Below the pieces are notes generated by a model that saw nothing but the letters and a program-made list of their open reading frames with translations, was not told where the DNA came from and made no database searches. From NCBI GenBank assembly GCA_043228905.1, contig JBHGNT010000009.1:6262001-6326000 (forward strand): 64,000 bases of DNA, written 5' to 3'. A program made the translations under genes and the position numbers. Positions 1-10,952 of this stretch are shown here, in pieces (positions within the stretch are counted from its first letter, which is position 1; every line of letters begins with the position of its first letter). This DNA comes from Azolla caroliniana. Lineage: Eukaryota; Plantae; Polypodiophyta.

Positions 1-2736
1 CTTGAGCATTTTAAAAAGGTGCTTCCAGAATTTTGACACGAACTGGGGTCCACGGTCGCTGACGATACTATCGGGAAGTCCATGATGCCGACATACTTCA
101 CGCATGACAATTTCGGCAGTGTCTTCATTGGAGATTTCCTTAGTACATGGCAAAAAATGAGCCATCTTCGTATATCGATCTACCACTGTTAGAATCGCAT
201 TGAATCCCTTAGAGACTGGAAGATCTGTGATGAAGTCTAGAGCAATGGATTGCCACGGCTTGCTTGGAATTGGTAATGGTTCTAATAAACCATATGGATG
301 ATGCCTTGGCATTTTCGCTCTGCAGCATGTGTCACAAGTCCGAACAAAGTCTTCGACAAATTGTCGCATACGGGGCCACCAGAATGATCGTTGTACTAAA
401 TCTAATGTTTTAGTACTACCGAAATGCCCAGCTGTATATGTGTCATGACAGTTTTGTACTACTTGAAGGCGGGAAGAGCCATTAGGAACATACAAAAGTT
501 CTTTAAAGAAGAGTAATCCATCATGGTATTTGAATTGCCGATAGTCCGTACCTGGTGGTTGCGACTGTGAACACGACGCTCGAGAGGGATCAATTTGTGC
601 TAGTATAGCTTGAGCGAAAGCATCTGTCTTCAGGTCCGCACGTATGATATCGATAACGTGGGAATCCATGGGCATGCCAAAGACCTGTGTTGCTTGCAGT
701 CGTGCCGGTCCCAAGATTACTTGCTTTTGGTTATCAAAAGCTGGCTCGCCGGGACGCGGTGCTAGGTACGAACGCCGTGATAATGCATCTGCTTTCCCTT
801 GATGTTTCCCAGGTCGATATGTAATCTTGAAGTCGAAATGCATGAGAAAATGGGCCCACTGAGCTTGACGTCGATTTAACACACGAGCGTCTTGAAAATA
901 GGCGAGGTTTTTGTGGTCACTGAATACAGTGACTTGATGAGAAGATCCCTCTAGAAAATGCCTCCATTGCATAAAAGAGTCCACTATAGCCAATAACTCT
1001 TTATCATGAATTTCGTAGTTGATTTCGGCGGCGTCAAACTTGCGTGAGTGAAAAGCCACAAGATGTAGCTTTTCATCATTACCTCGTTGTGATAGAATGC
1101 TTCCCAATGCAAAATCCGATGCGTCTGCTTCGATGATGAATGGTTTTTCTGGATCAACGTGAGCTAGAATCGGAGCCGATGTAAATGCATGTTTAAGATT
1201 CTCAAAAGCCATGTCCGCTTCTTCAGACCAAACGAATGATTGTCCCTTCCTAGTAAGTTGTGTAAGAGGCAAAACGAGCTTTGAGTAATCCTTTATAAAC
1301 TTCCGGTAAAAATTGGCAAAGCCTAGAAAGCATTGCACATCCCGCACCAAACGCGGAGTCTGCCATTCTACCACCGTTTTGACCTTAGCTGGGTCCATGG
1401 AGATGCCTTCTGAGGAAATGACATAGCCGAGAAATTCCACTTGGTTGCACCCGAAACTACATTTTTCCAGTTTTGCATAGAGACCATGTTCTCGAAGTCG
1501 TTTTAGTACTAACAGTACATGAGAATCATGCTCTTCTTGGGTCTTCGAGTAAACCAGTAGATCATCCAAATAGATGATTAGACACACATCCAAGAGATCT
1601 CGGAAAATATCATTTGCCATGTGCTGGAAGACTGTTGGCGCATTAGTGAGGCCGAACGACATAACCGTATACTCGAAGTGCCCATATCTGGTGCGGAACG
1701 CGGTCTTCCATTCATCTCCTGGTCGGATCCGTACGAGGTTATAGGCTCCCCGTAAGTCGATCTTCGTGAAGAACCTGGCACCATTGATCCGTTCTAAAAG
1801 ACTTGAGATAAGGGGGAGTGCATACCTATTTCGGATTGTAACCTTATTCAAGCCACGGTAATCTACAACGAGCCGAAGTGAGCCATCCTTTTTCTTGACG
1901 AAGAAAATGGGTGCGCCGGCTGGAGATTTCGAATGTCGTATGAAACCATTCTCCAAATTCTCCTCTATATAGGCTCGAAGGACTTCCAGTTCGGTTGGTG
2001 ATAAATTGTAGATCGGTCCCCAAGGTGGCTCTTTCCCTGGTTGTAAATCGATGGGGCAATCATATGGTCGATGGTGAGGAAGCGTACTGGCTTGTACTTT
2101 ATCAAACACATCGACATACTGATGATACTTCTCTGGAAGTTGAACGATGGAATCCTCTTTAGGGGTGCTGGAGGGGTTTACTGATATTGCAAAGAGAAAC
2201 ATTTCTTCCTTGCATCCTTCCTCACGCAACTGATGTAGTGAAATCGTTGCAATCTCATGAGTAGAACCTCGGGCTTTTCGATGCCGGATTTCTCTTGTCC
2301 GCCAATCTATGTCTGGGTTATGTAATTCGAACCATGGTAATTCTAAGACAATGGGGTGTTCTGGGATGCTAATTATATTAAATGATATGACACATGCTAG
2401 ATTATCTAGGACAACATTAACGGGTTCTAACTCTTCTATGATATTTCCTGAGGCAATGGGACGACCATCGACGACTACTACAAGGGTAGGACACGGGAGT
2501 TTTCTGAGAGATATCTGATGAGCTTGGGCAAATTTCCTATCCATGAAGCAAGAATTAGCTCCGGAATCTAGAAGTGCTAAGACATGTACTGGAGGAGTAC
2601 TTTTAGTACTAACTGTTACTTGGGCTACGAACACATCGCTAACTTGCTTAGAGGGAATGGAACCACTAATGGGCTGCACAGATCTAGGGCTGTCCAACCA
2701 AACGGCTCCTATTTTGGCTGGACTTAGTCGTTTAAC
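1..2736 (-). CDS. pol: Gypsy pol polyprotein (protease, RT, RNase H, integrase), -1 frame relative to gag, 3' end outside window
   Basis: Manual translation is open for 912 codons from 2736 to 1. Motifs: LLDSGANSCF (~2560-2574), LRLVVDYRGLN, YLDD (1561-1572), EADASDFALG, HDKELLA, HDTYTAGH...CDTC, LDFITDLP, SDRGPQF. It is probably absent from the ORF track because no stop lies in the window. Confidence 0.95.
2692..2736 (-). promoter_or_regulatory. -1 programmed ribosomal frameshift signal (gag/pol)
   Basis: Slippery G_UUA_AAC (2730-2736), 6-nt spacer, then an 11-bp stem GUCCAGCCAAA/UUUGGUUGGAC. The -1 frame is the open pol frame. Confidence 0.85.
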
Positions 2737-3866
2737 TCTTCTTCTAACTGACTAAGGACATCAAATTTGTTCGCTAGATTTGGGCTATTAGTACTATTAG
2801 GGCTATCAGGTATCCCTACTGAAATAGACTCGGGTTTAGTACAATCAGAACTAGCAACTATTTGGTTTACCTGCCTTCTTGGCCTATGGGGACAGTTTAC
2901 CGCGATATGCCTTGGTCCACCGCAATAAAGACATAATCGGTTTGCTCGGCGTCGTTGCTTTTCTTCTTCCGATAGCGGTCCACGACGACGTGTGGTGTCA
3001 ATTTCCATTGGAGTTGGAGTACTTGCTGGAGGCGCAGTATATGACTCCCTCGGAAAAGGTTTCGCTACCACTGAGGCATAGGTAGGCTCTGATCTTGCCC
3101 TCGGAATCTGGAATTGTCGTTCCGAACGTCGTTCGAAGAGGCGGTTGTCGCATCTCACCGCGCGACTAATTGCTTCTGTTAATGACTTTGGCTCTTCGGG
3201 GAAGGTCAAGAGTAAATCCTTGACATCGTTGCGTAAGCCATAACGGAATTGCTCAATCAATGCGTGATCATCCCAAGGGATATCGGCAGCGAGTAGGCGG
3301 AAATCTGCAGCGTATGCGGAAGCTGGACGATCACCTTGGCGTAATCGCCGGATTTATTTGATTGCAGTCCTTATGCTGTCAGTATCTCCAAAACAAGCCT
3401 TAAACTCACTTATAAATTCTTCAAAACTGTTTAATAATGGAGAATCCTTTTCCAACAATGGAGCAAACCATGCTAACGCTGAGCCACTAAGGAGAGTGCC
3501 TACTAGTCCCACTCGTGATGCATCGGTGGGATATCGAGAAGGATGCATTTGTATCACTAAACGTACCTGATTTAAAAACCCTCTAAACTGTGATCGGGTC
3601 CCATCAAATTTTGCAGGAAGACCGATCTTGGGTTCTTTGTGAATCCCTTGAGTGCTTGATCCTTGTTGTTGTAATGATATGATAGTCGCTTCGAGTTGTT
3701 GTACACGTAGTGTCAGCTCCCCGTGTTGTTGTTGTTTTTCCAACGCTATTTGTTGAAGATCCCCCAACAAGCGATGATTTTCTTGTTCTAGTGCTACAAA
3801 TTTCTCTTTTAAGCACTGGAGCTCCGAGAAGACAGATTGGTATTCCTGAGCGCTAACAGTTTCCAT
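2724..3866 (-). CDS. gag: Gypsy gag (coiled coil, capsid, CCHC knuckle) interrupted by one in-frame TAA at 3354-3356
   Basis: ORFs 3354-3866 and 2724-3260 are in the same frame. The intervening codons read IRRLRQGDRPASAYAADFRLLAADIPWDDHA, a typical LxQG..Y...F capsid motif. Confidence 0.9.
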
Positions 3867-3960
3867 TTTACTAGGGAGGATAAGAGGATTAATAAGAAGA
3901 TAAAAGGAAGAGGAGGAAAGGAAGAGGAGGAAAGGAAGATCGGCGCAAATCGGTTCAAAC

Positions 3961-4383
3961 TGTCAGGAACAGTACTAAGACAGAGAAGGATTTAGTACTA
4001 AAAGAAGTATTAGTACTAAGAGAGGTGAAGAACTCTCGAGAGAAGGAAAGAGTGAGTGAGGGAGAGAGAGAGAGATCGAGAGAGAGAGATGATAAGAAAA
4101 GATATATATTATGTGAAGAGAATGTACAGTAGCTTAGGAGGCTTAAGACTGGCGTTGAACCGATTTGGTTCGAAATAATGCCTCGTGCCTCCTTTTATAG
4201 TGTTCCAAGGAATACTCTTGAAGTTTCTAGAATGTTCCAGAGAAATCTGGAATATACATCAATTTTCTGAAATAAAACATAAATGAAAATAATATTCTAC
4301 GTATTACAATGTATAGTCTGATGGGCAAGAGCTCGACCCATGTAGCATAAGGTCATGGGTTCGAGTCTTGCCATATCATGACA
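3961..4383 (-). repeat. Gypsy 5' LTR (423 bp)
   Basis: Terminal inverted repeat TGTCAGGA/TCATGACA, TATAAAA on the minus strand at 4193-4199, CT microsatellite in U5. It cuts the Copia gag frame at 4383/4384. Confidence 0.88.
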
Positions 4384-5168
4384 GTAGCGGATTTGTCTTG
4401 CCGGCCTCCGGCACCGCCTTGACTCCCCCTGCTTGTGGAAGTCTCGGAACTGCTGTCAGCACGTTCATAGTGCCTCCGTTCCTGCTCTTGCCGGCCGCCT
4501 CCATTGCGTGCCGACCCACCTCTTCCACCACGCCCACGGAACCGATCCGTTCCCGTGTACAGCATTCGGCTGTCCGGGGATGCACTGGTAGATGCACCGG
4601 CGTGGTTCTCCTCTACAAGGAGCATCGACTGTAAGTCGAAGAATGAGGGGGTATTCTCCCTTGTACACACCGCAGTCCGGAACGCTCCGAACTTGGACGC
4701 CAGGCCTCCGAGACATACCTGCACCATCTCGTCTTCCTCTACGGTAACATTGATAGAGGCGAGCGAGTCGCAGATCTCCTTTATCCGGCCCGTGTAGTCT
4801 ACCACGGACATGTTCTTCTGTCGAACATTGCTCAACTCCTGTCTGAGTTGGAGCTTCCAGGCAGTGGGGCTTGCGGCGAAAACCTTTTTCAGGTTCCCCC
4901 AAGCATCCTTCGGTGTCTTGGCGTCACGGATGTGGCTGAGCAGCTGATCGCCGACACTGGACGCGAAGCAGTACATCACCCTGCTTGCCGCTTGTTCCCA
5001 TACCGGGAAGTCCTTGTGTGCCGAGTCGGGTGCCGCATCATTCGCTCCTTCGACATAACTCCAGTACCCGTGTCCAAGCAGGTACTGGTGCATCTTGTAA
5101 GACCAAGATGCATAGTTGCTCCTGTCAAGCTTCTCCACCGGGAGCGACGTAGCCATTCCTCTATCCAT
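4384..5168 (-). CDS. gag: Copia gag (UBN2/Retrotran_gag_2 type), truncated by insertion
   Basis: EKLDRSNYASWSYKMHQYLLGHGYW...AWGNLKKVF...CLGGLASKF. The last residues of the track ORF (VMIWQDSNP) are read-through into the Gypsy LTR. Confidence 0.88.
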
Positions 5169-5677
5169 GTCTTCTACTGTGTCTGTTTTCGACCTGTTAG
5201 GGTTTTCTTCTCAAGAGTTAAATGTCTGCAGCAGAGGTTCTCAACCCTCGCGCTCTAATACCAGGTAAACGTGAGTGTTTGCGGAGGCGTAAAACAGAGA
5301 ACAAAACAGAGAGAGAGAGATAGAGAGACAGAGAGAGATAGAGAGAGCAAAACGTAATTTCCAAAATTATATCAAGACACTACATACACATTGTGCTAAG
5401 TAGCACTACTTATACAAGTCCTCTTGGGACTGACAGAAGTACCATGTACTTCAATGCTCACACGAGCATCTGACACTTACTACGAGACTATAACTACCTA
5501 GTAGTCTATCCTATACTAGGCTTCCAATTGGACTGCCGGTTACGGATTGCACCCGGCTTCTACTGCTTGCCGGTTCGGTTGCTCACCGTCATACCGATCC
5601 GTTTCACCCGATCCGTCTCGCTTACCGGCTCCGGCTTATTCAGCCGATCCGGCTCCGGTTGAGCCTGCCGCTCAACA
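4384..5677 (-). mobile_element. Ty1/Copia LTR retrotransposon 5' part (LTR 5264-5677, PBS, gag), disrupted by the Gypsy
   Basis: Minus-strand LTR starts TGTTGAG at 5677. PBS TGGTATTAGAGC (5252-5263) is one mismatch from the tRNA-iMet PBS TGGTATCAGAGC. A gag ORF follows. Confidence 0.88.
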
Positions 5678-7998
5678 CAAACTCGATAGTTCTTGATGTT
5701 GAGTTTGCGGATGACACTGCTCTTTATATTTGTGGAGATGTTATTAATCTTGATCGGGTACATAATGCTTTGCAGATATTTTTAGATGCTACTAGAGCCT
5801 CTTTCAATTGAAATAAATTTGTAGGCCTTTGGGCCATTGATGAACCGCATCCATAGTGATATCCAGGCCCTGCATTCCGTTGGCTTAATCTTGGGAGCCC
5901 ATTCATTACTTAGGTTGTCTGGTTGGTATAGATTTACCATCTAAAGTGATGCTATCAGCATTGCTATTATCAATCAAGCGTAAGTTAGTATATTGGGACT
6001 CGCAACAATTATCCTTTACAGGTTGGGTTGTCATTGCAAATTCGGTGTTGTTGGCCTCAATGTGGTTTATCGCACCTGCTTGGTTGTTCTCTAGGTCGGC
6101 AATCATGAAAGTTCAAAGCCTCATATGTAACTTCCTCTGGGGTGGAAAAAATGGGTCTCTTGTAGTGGTCAAGGTGGCTTGGGATGTTTTGATTAGGCCA
6201 AAAAGCTAGGGAGGGTTGGCTTTAATAGATCCCTTGACACAATCTCGAGCTCTCTTGACAAAGTTTGTAGTAAGATGATTGTTGCCAGGGATAGAGGCAT
6301 GGAAGGGTATGTTGCTTAATCAACTAATGCAATTATCTCCCAAGGCGGCAGGAAACTGGTTGCCTTCTTTGAAATGGATGTTCTTGACAAATGTACAAAC
6401 ACCGAGATAGAATCTAACATCCAATCGATTTCTCATGGGAATCATCAGAGCATGGGATGTAATCAAGATTTTTTTACACAAGCAGATGCCTAACACGTGG
6501 GATGGTTGGATGATTCAGCCACTTTTGGCTAATTCTCTCGTCCGGGATTCTATTGGAAATGTATTGGGCCTTAGACCTCGCCTTGCATGGGGAAAACTTG
6601 ACAATGGGCCAACAGCATCAATAGGATCCTGGATTCATTTTCAACACATGCCAGAAGTGGATTGGGTTAAGCAGTTACACTCGATATATGGGGCGAAGAC
6701 AATGACAATGGATATTTCTACAACCTTCTCACATGCCTCAATGCGACTTCAGCCAATGCATGAGCATATATGGTTTAGTTGCCTTACGAATGACATGATG
6801 CTCTTTGTTAAAGGAATTTCTACAAGCAAGTGTATTTTTTATTTCCATATTCAACAAGATAATAAATTGCAGCCTTATACACCATTAGATAATTTACTAC
6901 AAAACCTACTCGTTGTTCCAGTTAGGGTGATTGCCAAAACTAGTAAGAAATGGCTCTTGGATCCACAACTGTCAATAGCTCATTTGTGGGATATGCTTTG
7001 GTTATATGCACAAGAACCAGTTAATAGGCTGATGTGGGACCCACGAGGATGGTTCTGGACTAGTCCCATGATGGATCCAATGCTGAAAGTTCCATTCTTT
7101 AAGTATACTGTAAAATTTGGTAGAACCTTACTCATGTCTAAGAATATTCCAACTCCCGCAGCTCAAAAGCACTGGAGTAAGTGGTGTGTTTCAAACAATA
7201 ATTTGAAGGCTTATTAGAAATGGATTTGGTCCTTTAAGGGACCAACAAAATACATTCTCTTCAAATGGCTTTTACTACATGCAGCACTACCAGTAGGTTA
7301 GTCATTGAACGGAAATGTGGCAGCCGTTTTAGACAATGTAGTTATTGCGGTGACTTGTTGGAAACTACCAAGCATGGTCTTTGGTCATGTTCACTAGCCC
7401 GGCAGGTATAGAATAAAGTTCTTTCTTTATTCCTGACAATTAATGCAGGTTGCCTCTTCTCGTTGGGATCAACGGTATGGGGGGTTCTCCATTCCAGTCT
7501 CTTATTGTATGAGGCAAATGATGCTCTAGAGGCTAAGACAATCATCAACATGCATCTAATATCTTTGTCCCTTTTTCAGAAACCTCGAAAGCAAATGCGT
7601 GCAACCCATGTATGGAAAACAGTATCTACAATTACATTATGGACCTTATGGAAGTATCGTTGTAAAAGACGATATGATTCCATAATTCCCCTTCTCTCAG
7701 ATATATTGCCGGAATTATGGGAGAGCTTATTAGCGGTAATGTGTGGGGAATATGACAATATGTCGGGCTCTTCGGAGGTTGTTCTTAAGAAAAGGAAAAA
7801 AATACTGTAGTTATGGAGGAAGTTGCCTCTATTAACAGTCTCCTCTCAAGGACCAATTTGGAAATATCATCACCCTTGGCCCTTGCCCTGATCATCCTTT
7901 TTTTATATAACACTCTAATTGTACATTTTGTAGCCTTCCAACGTTTTTTCTTAATACTAATGAAGGAAATCTTTTTGGAGAAAAGAAAAAAAATAAAA
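5678..7998 (+). mobile_element. L1-clade LINE, 3' half of a degenerate ORF2
   Basis: EFADDTALY RT motif at ~5701-5727. Also NSVLLASMWF...FLWGG...VAWDVLIRPKS*GGL, a zf-RVT-like C..ETTKHGLWSC at ~7345-7390, LWTLWKYRCKRRY, and an A-rich tail at ~7980-7998. Many stops. Confidence 0.85.
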
Positions 7999-9140
7999 AT
8001 CACCACCAAAATGTTGAATGTCACATGACATACTTGAGACGAGAAAACTAATCAATATTTTTGCTACAAAGAATGTTGCATCCTAGTAGTAAATGTTTCT
8101 AGTAGACCAACATATATACCCAAAAGACCAATAAAGCCTTCTCCAATGAAGAAAGGTTGCAATAAGAAACACTCTACCTTTAAAGCTCTAGCTCCTATTA
8201 TACAATCCTCCTCAAATAACTAATCCAATTCAAGAAAACCTATGATACCATGAAGGTACTTGTAACGCAATAGTGTTGTCTTATGATGCATTACAACCAT
8301 AATCCAAGGAGGCAACACGGTTGAAGTCAAGGCAAAGGATCCTAAATGTGGAAGATAGCACTATAGTAGTTTCTAGGTCTATGAAATTATTTGTTTCTGC
8401 ATAAACAACACACAATAAACGCAATTCTCCCAAACAAAGTTCTCAACAATTTACTAAGGATGGGTGGATAACCTACAACTGAAGATTCATAATACCACTT
8501 GGACAAAACGAAAAATGTTGTCAATGAGTGGAACGAAATCTTGCTTGTTGACATGAAATTTGTATTGCAATAATAATCACACAATGGAATAACAATGCAA
8601 TTGATCAATCATGCATAGCAATCACGCCTACTTCCCTAATGATAGAATAAAAATATAAAACATATACCAAGGAACACTATATACTGATCAACTGTTTCTA
8701 CAAAAGAAAAGGAACAAATAACCATTTTAATGAAAAGCAAAGGAAACAAGAGTATAGGCACTTTCCAGTAACACCTATTCCATATCACATATTGGTTGAT
8801 TATCAATAATGACTGTAATTTGACATTTAATTATAATGCCTCTAAAATTTGAACACCCACACTGTTATATATAGCTAAAATTATAAAAGAAAATATCAAG
8901 TAATAAGCGCAAAAATCAATTTGAAATTCATATTACATATCACATTACAAGTATATATGATATGAATCCTTATTTTTACAAAATTTAATCAATAGGTCAT
9001 AGATATCATGGAAAACCTACCTAAAGTGCTGATCGCTCCCTTCTATACATGATCTACACATATTTGAGCTTGTTTGTACAAATATTCGATGCTCTCTTTC
9101 TCATTTTCCTTTTTATGTTTTTCAAGCTATGCAGAAATTA

Positions 9141-9289
9141 GTGGGCTATTTTCATTCATGCGCAGTAGTCAGCATGGACATCACCATATAACTCAAAAAA
9201 CCTTCCCAATGCTAAGTGGGTTATTTTCATTCATGCGCAGTAGTCAACATTGACATCACCATATAATGCCAAAAACCTTCCCAATGCTA
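9141..9289. repeat. Tandem duplication, about 75 bp x2, downstream of the ASCC2 stop
   Basis: gtggg.tattttcattcatgcgcagtagtca...aaaccttcccaatgcta occurs twice. Confidence 0.85.
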
Positions 9290-9516
9290 TGTGAAATACA
9301 TTGGTGTCTCATTCTTCCCAGCACACATCAAAATACAATGCAATAATCTCGCAAAACTATCCATTCTCATTTATAACGATGATAATCACTGTCTCATTTC
9401 AGCAATACATATCAGTGAGGATACATCTTGACTCTTGCTCCTGGGATTGCAATTGAATTATTGCAATAAATTCTGTAAGGTGGTTCACAACTCTGCAGAA
9501 AGACGAAAAAAGGTCA

Positions 9517-10952
9517 TTACAACCCTCCGATGCTTGAAAAGTGTTTCTTCATTGCACGATCTTTCCTATGGTGTTGATCATAACCCCTTCTTGGACCACC
9601 TCTTCCATGAGTATGAGGTAGACTCCCATGCCCAGATACTGCCCCATGCATTGAATCAGCATCAGTTTGATTAGAAATATTCCTTTTCTGTGTGGATGTG
9701 GGTTGATCATTGAATGTGGGAACATTGCCGCCTCTTCCTAGACCATGAATAGTCTCCTCAGCTACCCTTGCAAGGTCTTCCGCTTCCTTGACATTTGCAA
9801 CTGTCACAGAGCCAGCAACCTTATAGCTGTAGTTCTTCCCATCTTTCACAAAAAATTGACCCTTTGGCTTCTCTCCCCTACCCCTACCCTTACCACTACC
9901 CCTACCCACACCCACACCTCTACCTCCACCTCCACCTTCACCTCCGTCCCCTCTTCCTCTTTCCAAAGGTACTTGGGCTTTCTTCATCGACTCCCACGAC
10001 ACACTACTACTATTTCCAGATGTGGAGGTGGCCTTCTGATAATGTCTACTATCCTTGTCTACCCAGTTATTCCTGCCTCCACTAGGATCTTCTAGAGACA
10101 ATCTTGACTTTAACCTATCACCAAGGGCCTCCGTCTCCTCGATCCCATCCGCAATGTTCGTGTTAAGGTCATCGAAAGAGTCATCATACTCATCATCATA
10201 TTGGGTTGCATAAGCGACTGTACGGAGAGTATCTTCCACATCGTGAATGTCAAGTAAATCCATTGCATTTGCATCCCCATTCGACTTCCGTATAAAACGC
10301 CCTCTCAAGTGTTTTTCATGCTCATTAAATGGTGGTCTTAAAGGAGAATTGATACCACCTTCCTGAACACTTGAGCTACTTGCTGAAATTGAGGAATTCT
10401 GCCTCTGTTTTAAACCATTTGCATCATGAAGGCCACCCTTGGAACTCGAAATATCCTTTGAGCTATATAAAAGAGTTTCATCAATCTTCCCTTTGCCTTT
10501 ATCTTTTGCTGAAATATTGGGAGCTTTTGCATCATGATTCCCACCCTTGGCACTTGAAATATTCTTTGAGCTATTTAAATATGTTTCGTCAATCTTTCCT
10601 TTGCCTTTATCTTTTGCTGACATACTGGAAGCAAAAACCTCCGGCTTTTTCTCCAAGGAAATGTCAAGAGATTCAAGACTGGGATGAAGTGTACCTTCTA
10701 AGATTCTCTGGATAACTTCTTCTGGATCATCATTGTATGCTTCAAGACATGCGGCAATAAATCCACGGCCATAATCGGGGAGGATGTCCTTGATATGCGT
10801 TATCTTTGATTCATATAAAATATCATCTTCAGGAATGTGTGGAGATTTTGAAACGGGGCCATCTGGCAGTGTGATGGAGCCCATAGCAGAAAATGAGTGC
10901 CCAATTATTCCCTCAACATAATCATACTGAACACCATCTAAGGTAATCATGC
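9517..10952 (-). CDS. ASCC2: ASCC2 exon 9 (CUE domain, acidic motif, RGG-rich tail, stop)
   Basis: Acceptor ttgcag|GC, long open frame, CUE and YDDEYDD motifs. Confidence 0.93.

Larger units (their letters stand above)
1..4383 (-). mobile_element. Ty3/Gypsy LTR retrotransposon (Tf1/sushi/Tcn1-like), 5' LTR + gag + pol, runs off the left window edge
   Basis: LTR 3961-4383 bounded by TGTCA...TGACA. gag has PAKFDGTRSQFRGFL and the zinc knuckle CLYCGGPRHIAVNC. pol order is PR-RT-RH-IN. Confidence 0.95.

Noticed and set aside
4311-4383. Functional tRNA gene
   Set aside because: No acceptor stem or cloverleaf, and it lies inside an LTR; reported only as tRNA-like.
4368-5258. Multiple overlapping ORFs of 73-145 aa
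   Set aside because: Alternative frames of the GC-rich Copia gag.
9435-10715. Several plus-strand ORFs overlapping ASCC2 exon 9
   Set aside because: Antisense shadows of the Gly/Arg-rich coding sequence.
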